Source of the DNA: a virus
Lineage: Duplodnaviria; Caudoviricetes
IMG/VR virus record: IMGVR_UViG_3300032247_001630
Location: 1-28,806 of that record
Reading direction: 5' to 3' (one strand)
DNA length: 28,806 nucleotides
The position numbers and the translations under genes are program-made. Below, in pieces: positions 27,146 to 28,806 of the stretch. Below the pieces are notes generated by a model. The model was not told where the DNA came from. It did no database searches and was given only the letters and a program-made list of their open reading frames with translations. Position 1 is the stretch's first letter. Every line of letters starts with the position of its first letter.

Positions 27146-28215
27146 GCTAGTCCTTGTAAAAGTTTATAAGTTGCGGAGTTTGATCGTTCACAGATGTCCC
27201 AGAATTTACTGGAAGTGACCAGGTCATAATTGTGCAAGGTACTGTCCAGAGTCATGGCATAAAGGTCTGTTGCAGACCAATAGTGTAAAGATTCGATCAA
27301 TTTGACAATTTTTTCTAGTCTTGTCAAATTGCCCGGATCAAGATCAAAGTCCAAATTTAAATCACCGTAATCAAATTTTAATCCTAGTTCTTGAAACCAC
27401 TGATAGGTATAGGCCTGGCCAACTGGAACAAATGCAGTACGTGACAGCAGACATTTCCAGGTTTTTTCTGTCACAAATGGGCCGGGCTCAATATAGCTCC
27501 TTGTTCCATTAGTCATACCACTGTAGTGATAACTTTCCATGGTAAAATTTAGGGCCGCGGTTTGATAGGCACTGTTGTTGTACGAATGGTCAACAAGGTC
27601 ATCATAAGGCAAATGTATTTTTTTATCATACCACAAGTCTCTAAACATCGTGGTGTAACGATCACAAATTTCATGACCGCTCAACTGCCAGCTGTGAACC
27701 GGATGATCCATTCTCAAGTTGTGTCGTAACGATACCACACAATCGTTTTTGTCCAGCAGGTGTTTGAGAGCCGCAAACACAATGGCTTTGCTTTGACTGA
27801 CTCGGTTGACCAAGGCACTGGCCTTGTGTTGTATACTTTTGACAATGTCATGACGAACAATACCTTGAATTCGTCGATGGGCTGTGTTGTACGGCACATA
27901 CTGTATGCGATCGGTATCAAACGAATCAGGCATGATGGCGCCGGTCAAGTGTATTATTTTACCGTCAACTTGATCGATCACGTGTTCGGGCCAGCCAAAC
28001 ATCAGGCTATCACCGTGTGTGATGTAGTATTCATAACCTGGAGGCGGAGCATCTGGATAACTGCCATCTGGTTTCCAGGCAAGATTCAAAGCCAAATAGA
28101 TGTTTTTGTGTCGAAGATCCGCGATCCAGGGATACCACCAAAGTATTTCTTCAGTGAGTTCGATAGTTCGGATGTCACCAAATACCCGGACAGGAATACT
28201 GGAAGTGGGAAGCAT
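27142..28215 (-). CDS. Hypothetical protein, GT10-like 'EKTWK' family (paralogue 3)
   Basis: SALVNR, ALNFTMES, FVTEKTWK, ELG.KFDY, LHNY. Confidence 0.5.
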   Translation of the reverse strand: MLPTSSIPVRVFGDIRTIELTEEILWWYPWIADLRHKNIYLALNLAWKPDGSYPDAPPPGYEYYITHGDSLMFGWPEHVIDQVDGKIIHLTGAIMPDSFDTDRIQYVPYNTAHRRIQGIVRHDIVKSIQHKASALVNRVSQSKAIVFAALKHLLDKNDCVVSLRHNLRMDHPVHSWQLSGHEICDRYTTMFRDLWYDKKIHLPYDDLVDHSYNNSAYQTAALNFTMESYHYSGMTNGTRSYIEPGPFVTEKTWKCLLSRTAFVPVGQAYTYQWFQELGLKFDYGDLNLDFDLDPGNLTRLEKIVKLIESLHYWSATDLYAMTLDSTLHNYDLVTSSKFWDICERSNSATYKLLQGLA

Positions 28216-28231
28216 TGCATACTTATTGAAT

Positions 28232-28318
28232 AAAAAAGTCCCCTGTTAATAACAATCCGGGTAGCGAATCCAGATTGTCAAGGCCCGGGGAACGGCCATT
28301 CGGTCCTAAGGCCAAATT
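28232..28318 (-). ncRNA. Candidate structured RNA: three stems plus pseudoknot, ending in a U-tract
   Basis: AUUUGG-CCUUAGGA-CCGAAU; GGCC-GUUCCCCG-GGCC; 11-bp UGACAAUCUGG-AUUCGCUAC-CCGGAUUGUUA; loop UCCCC complementary to downstream GGGGA; then U6. G-U pairs occur only on the minus strand. Confidence 0.6.
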
Positions 28319-28806
28319 CTATCGAGTTCCAATCTTCATGTATTGTTCATAAGCGCCATCTGGATCGGTCAACGGCAATACACCTTGGTATGCTGTGCGT
28401 GACAGCGGATATGCACTGTCAAAAGCCTCTAAACTGTCAAATTGATTGGCGGCTCCAGGATCGCGATTCCTGGCTTGTAGCACTGTCCAAGTACCAGAAG
28501 GTATGTGTGTCAGCCACTCAGATCCGTCAATGTTGTGGCAACTCAGATTGACCACCAGGCCGTCGGGGCCCAGTTGTCGATAGTCCAAGTCATTGGCATC
28601 GCCGCGCATGTTTTGGATTTTATGGTCCAAACCCAGGCGTGTCAGACGCTGTTGTCCCTGTTGCAGTGAGCGGCCATTGATGTCCACATTGACGATACGA
28701 TCAAACGAAATGTACCGATCCAGCATGAACAACAACAGGGCCACGTTGCCGTACCAGGATCCTAGTATTTAAATGGTGTCAAACTGGTTTTTGATCTGTG
28801 CTAGAG
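28319..28806 (-). pseudogene. Class I SAM-dependent methyltransferase, 5'-truncated by the window edge, with an in-frame TAA at 28769-28771
   Basis: Frame reads LAQIKNQFDTI*ILGSWYGNVALL...IVNVDIN...GDAN...LVVNLSCHN. The motif I-like ILGSWYG lies upstream of the track's GTG start. Confidence 0.55.

Noticed and set aside
28250-28281. Loop AUUCGCUAC as a tRNA T-arm
   Set aside because: No cloverleaf, acceptor stem or anticodon arm can be built; no tRNA gene was recognised in the window.
28298-28318. Plus-strand GGUCCUAAGGCC resembles the twister ribozyme P4 loop
   Set aside because: On the plus strand the stems contain C-A mismatches (G-U on minus), and the other twister elements could not be found.
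1-28806. Many plus-strand ORFs of 60-180 aa antisense to the long minus-strand genes (e.g. 3561-4043, 5794-6300, 19697-20167, 20980-21513, 27760-28233)
   Set aside because: They overlap genes with clear family motifs, show no motifs of their own, and are best explained as shadow ORFs.
1-28806. Genome-wide stop-codon reassignment
   Set aside because: TAA, TAG and TGA all terminate well-defined genes (folE TAA, cytidylyltransferase TAG, queD TGA), and coding density is high under the standard code.

Overview
A densely packed, mostly minus-strand segment of a large T4-like (myovirus-type) bacteriophage genome. The core replication genes are a family B DNA polymerase (gp43-like), a gp45-like sliding clamp and a DsbA-like dsDNA-binding protein. 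They lead directly into a dispersed 7-deazaguanine DNA-modification pathway: a TGT-fold DpdA-like transglycosylase, a second T-fold protein with an LxxxHRHxF motif (DpdL-like), FolE and a QueD. No QueE, QueC or QueF is visible in this window. Many glycan and small-molecule tailoring genes are interleaved: GT2, GT-B, three GT10-like EK-motif paralogues, GalE, two hexapeptide acyltransferases, two SGNH-like proteins, PLP enzymes, a 2OG-Fe(II) oxygenase, a cytidylyltransferase, HIT and methyltransferases. There is also an 826-aa FG-GAP lipoprotein and a divergent TctC / acyl-CoA synthetase / FabK-like / DegT cassette. The most novel-looking non-coding signals are (i) a riboswitch-like, SD-sequestering leader in front of queD, (ii) a three-stem pseudoknotted RNA at about 28.23-28.32 kb, (iii) a 32-nt direct repeat that duplicates the dpdA 3' junction around an inserted gene, and (iv) nested sigma70 and TAAATA promoters. 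At protein level, DpdA shares an FxxLFD C-terminal motif with the polymerase, hinting at clamp-tethered DNA modification. All functional calls come from motifs read by eye; no searches were run.
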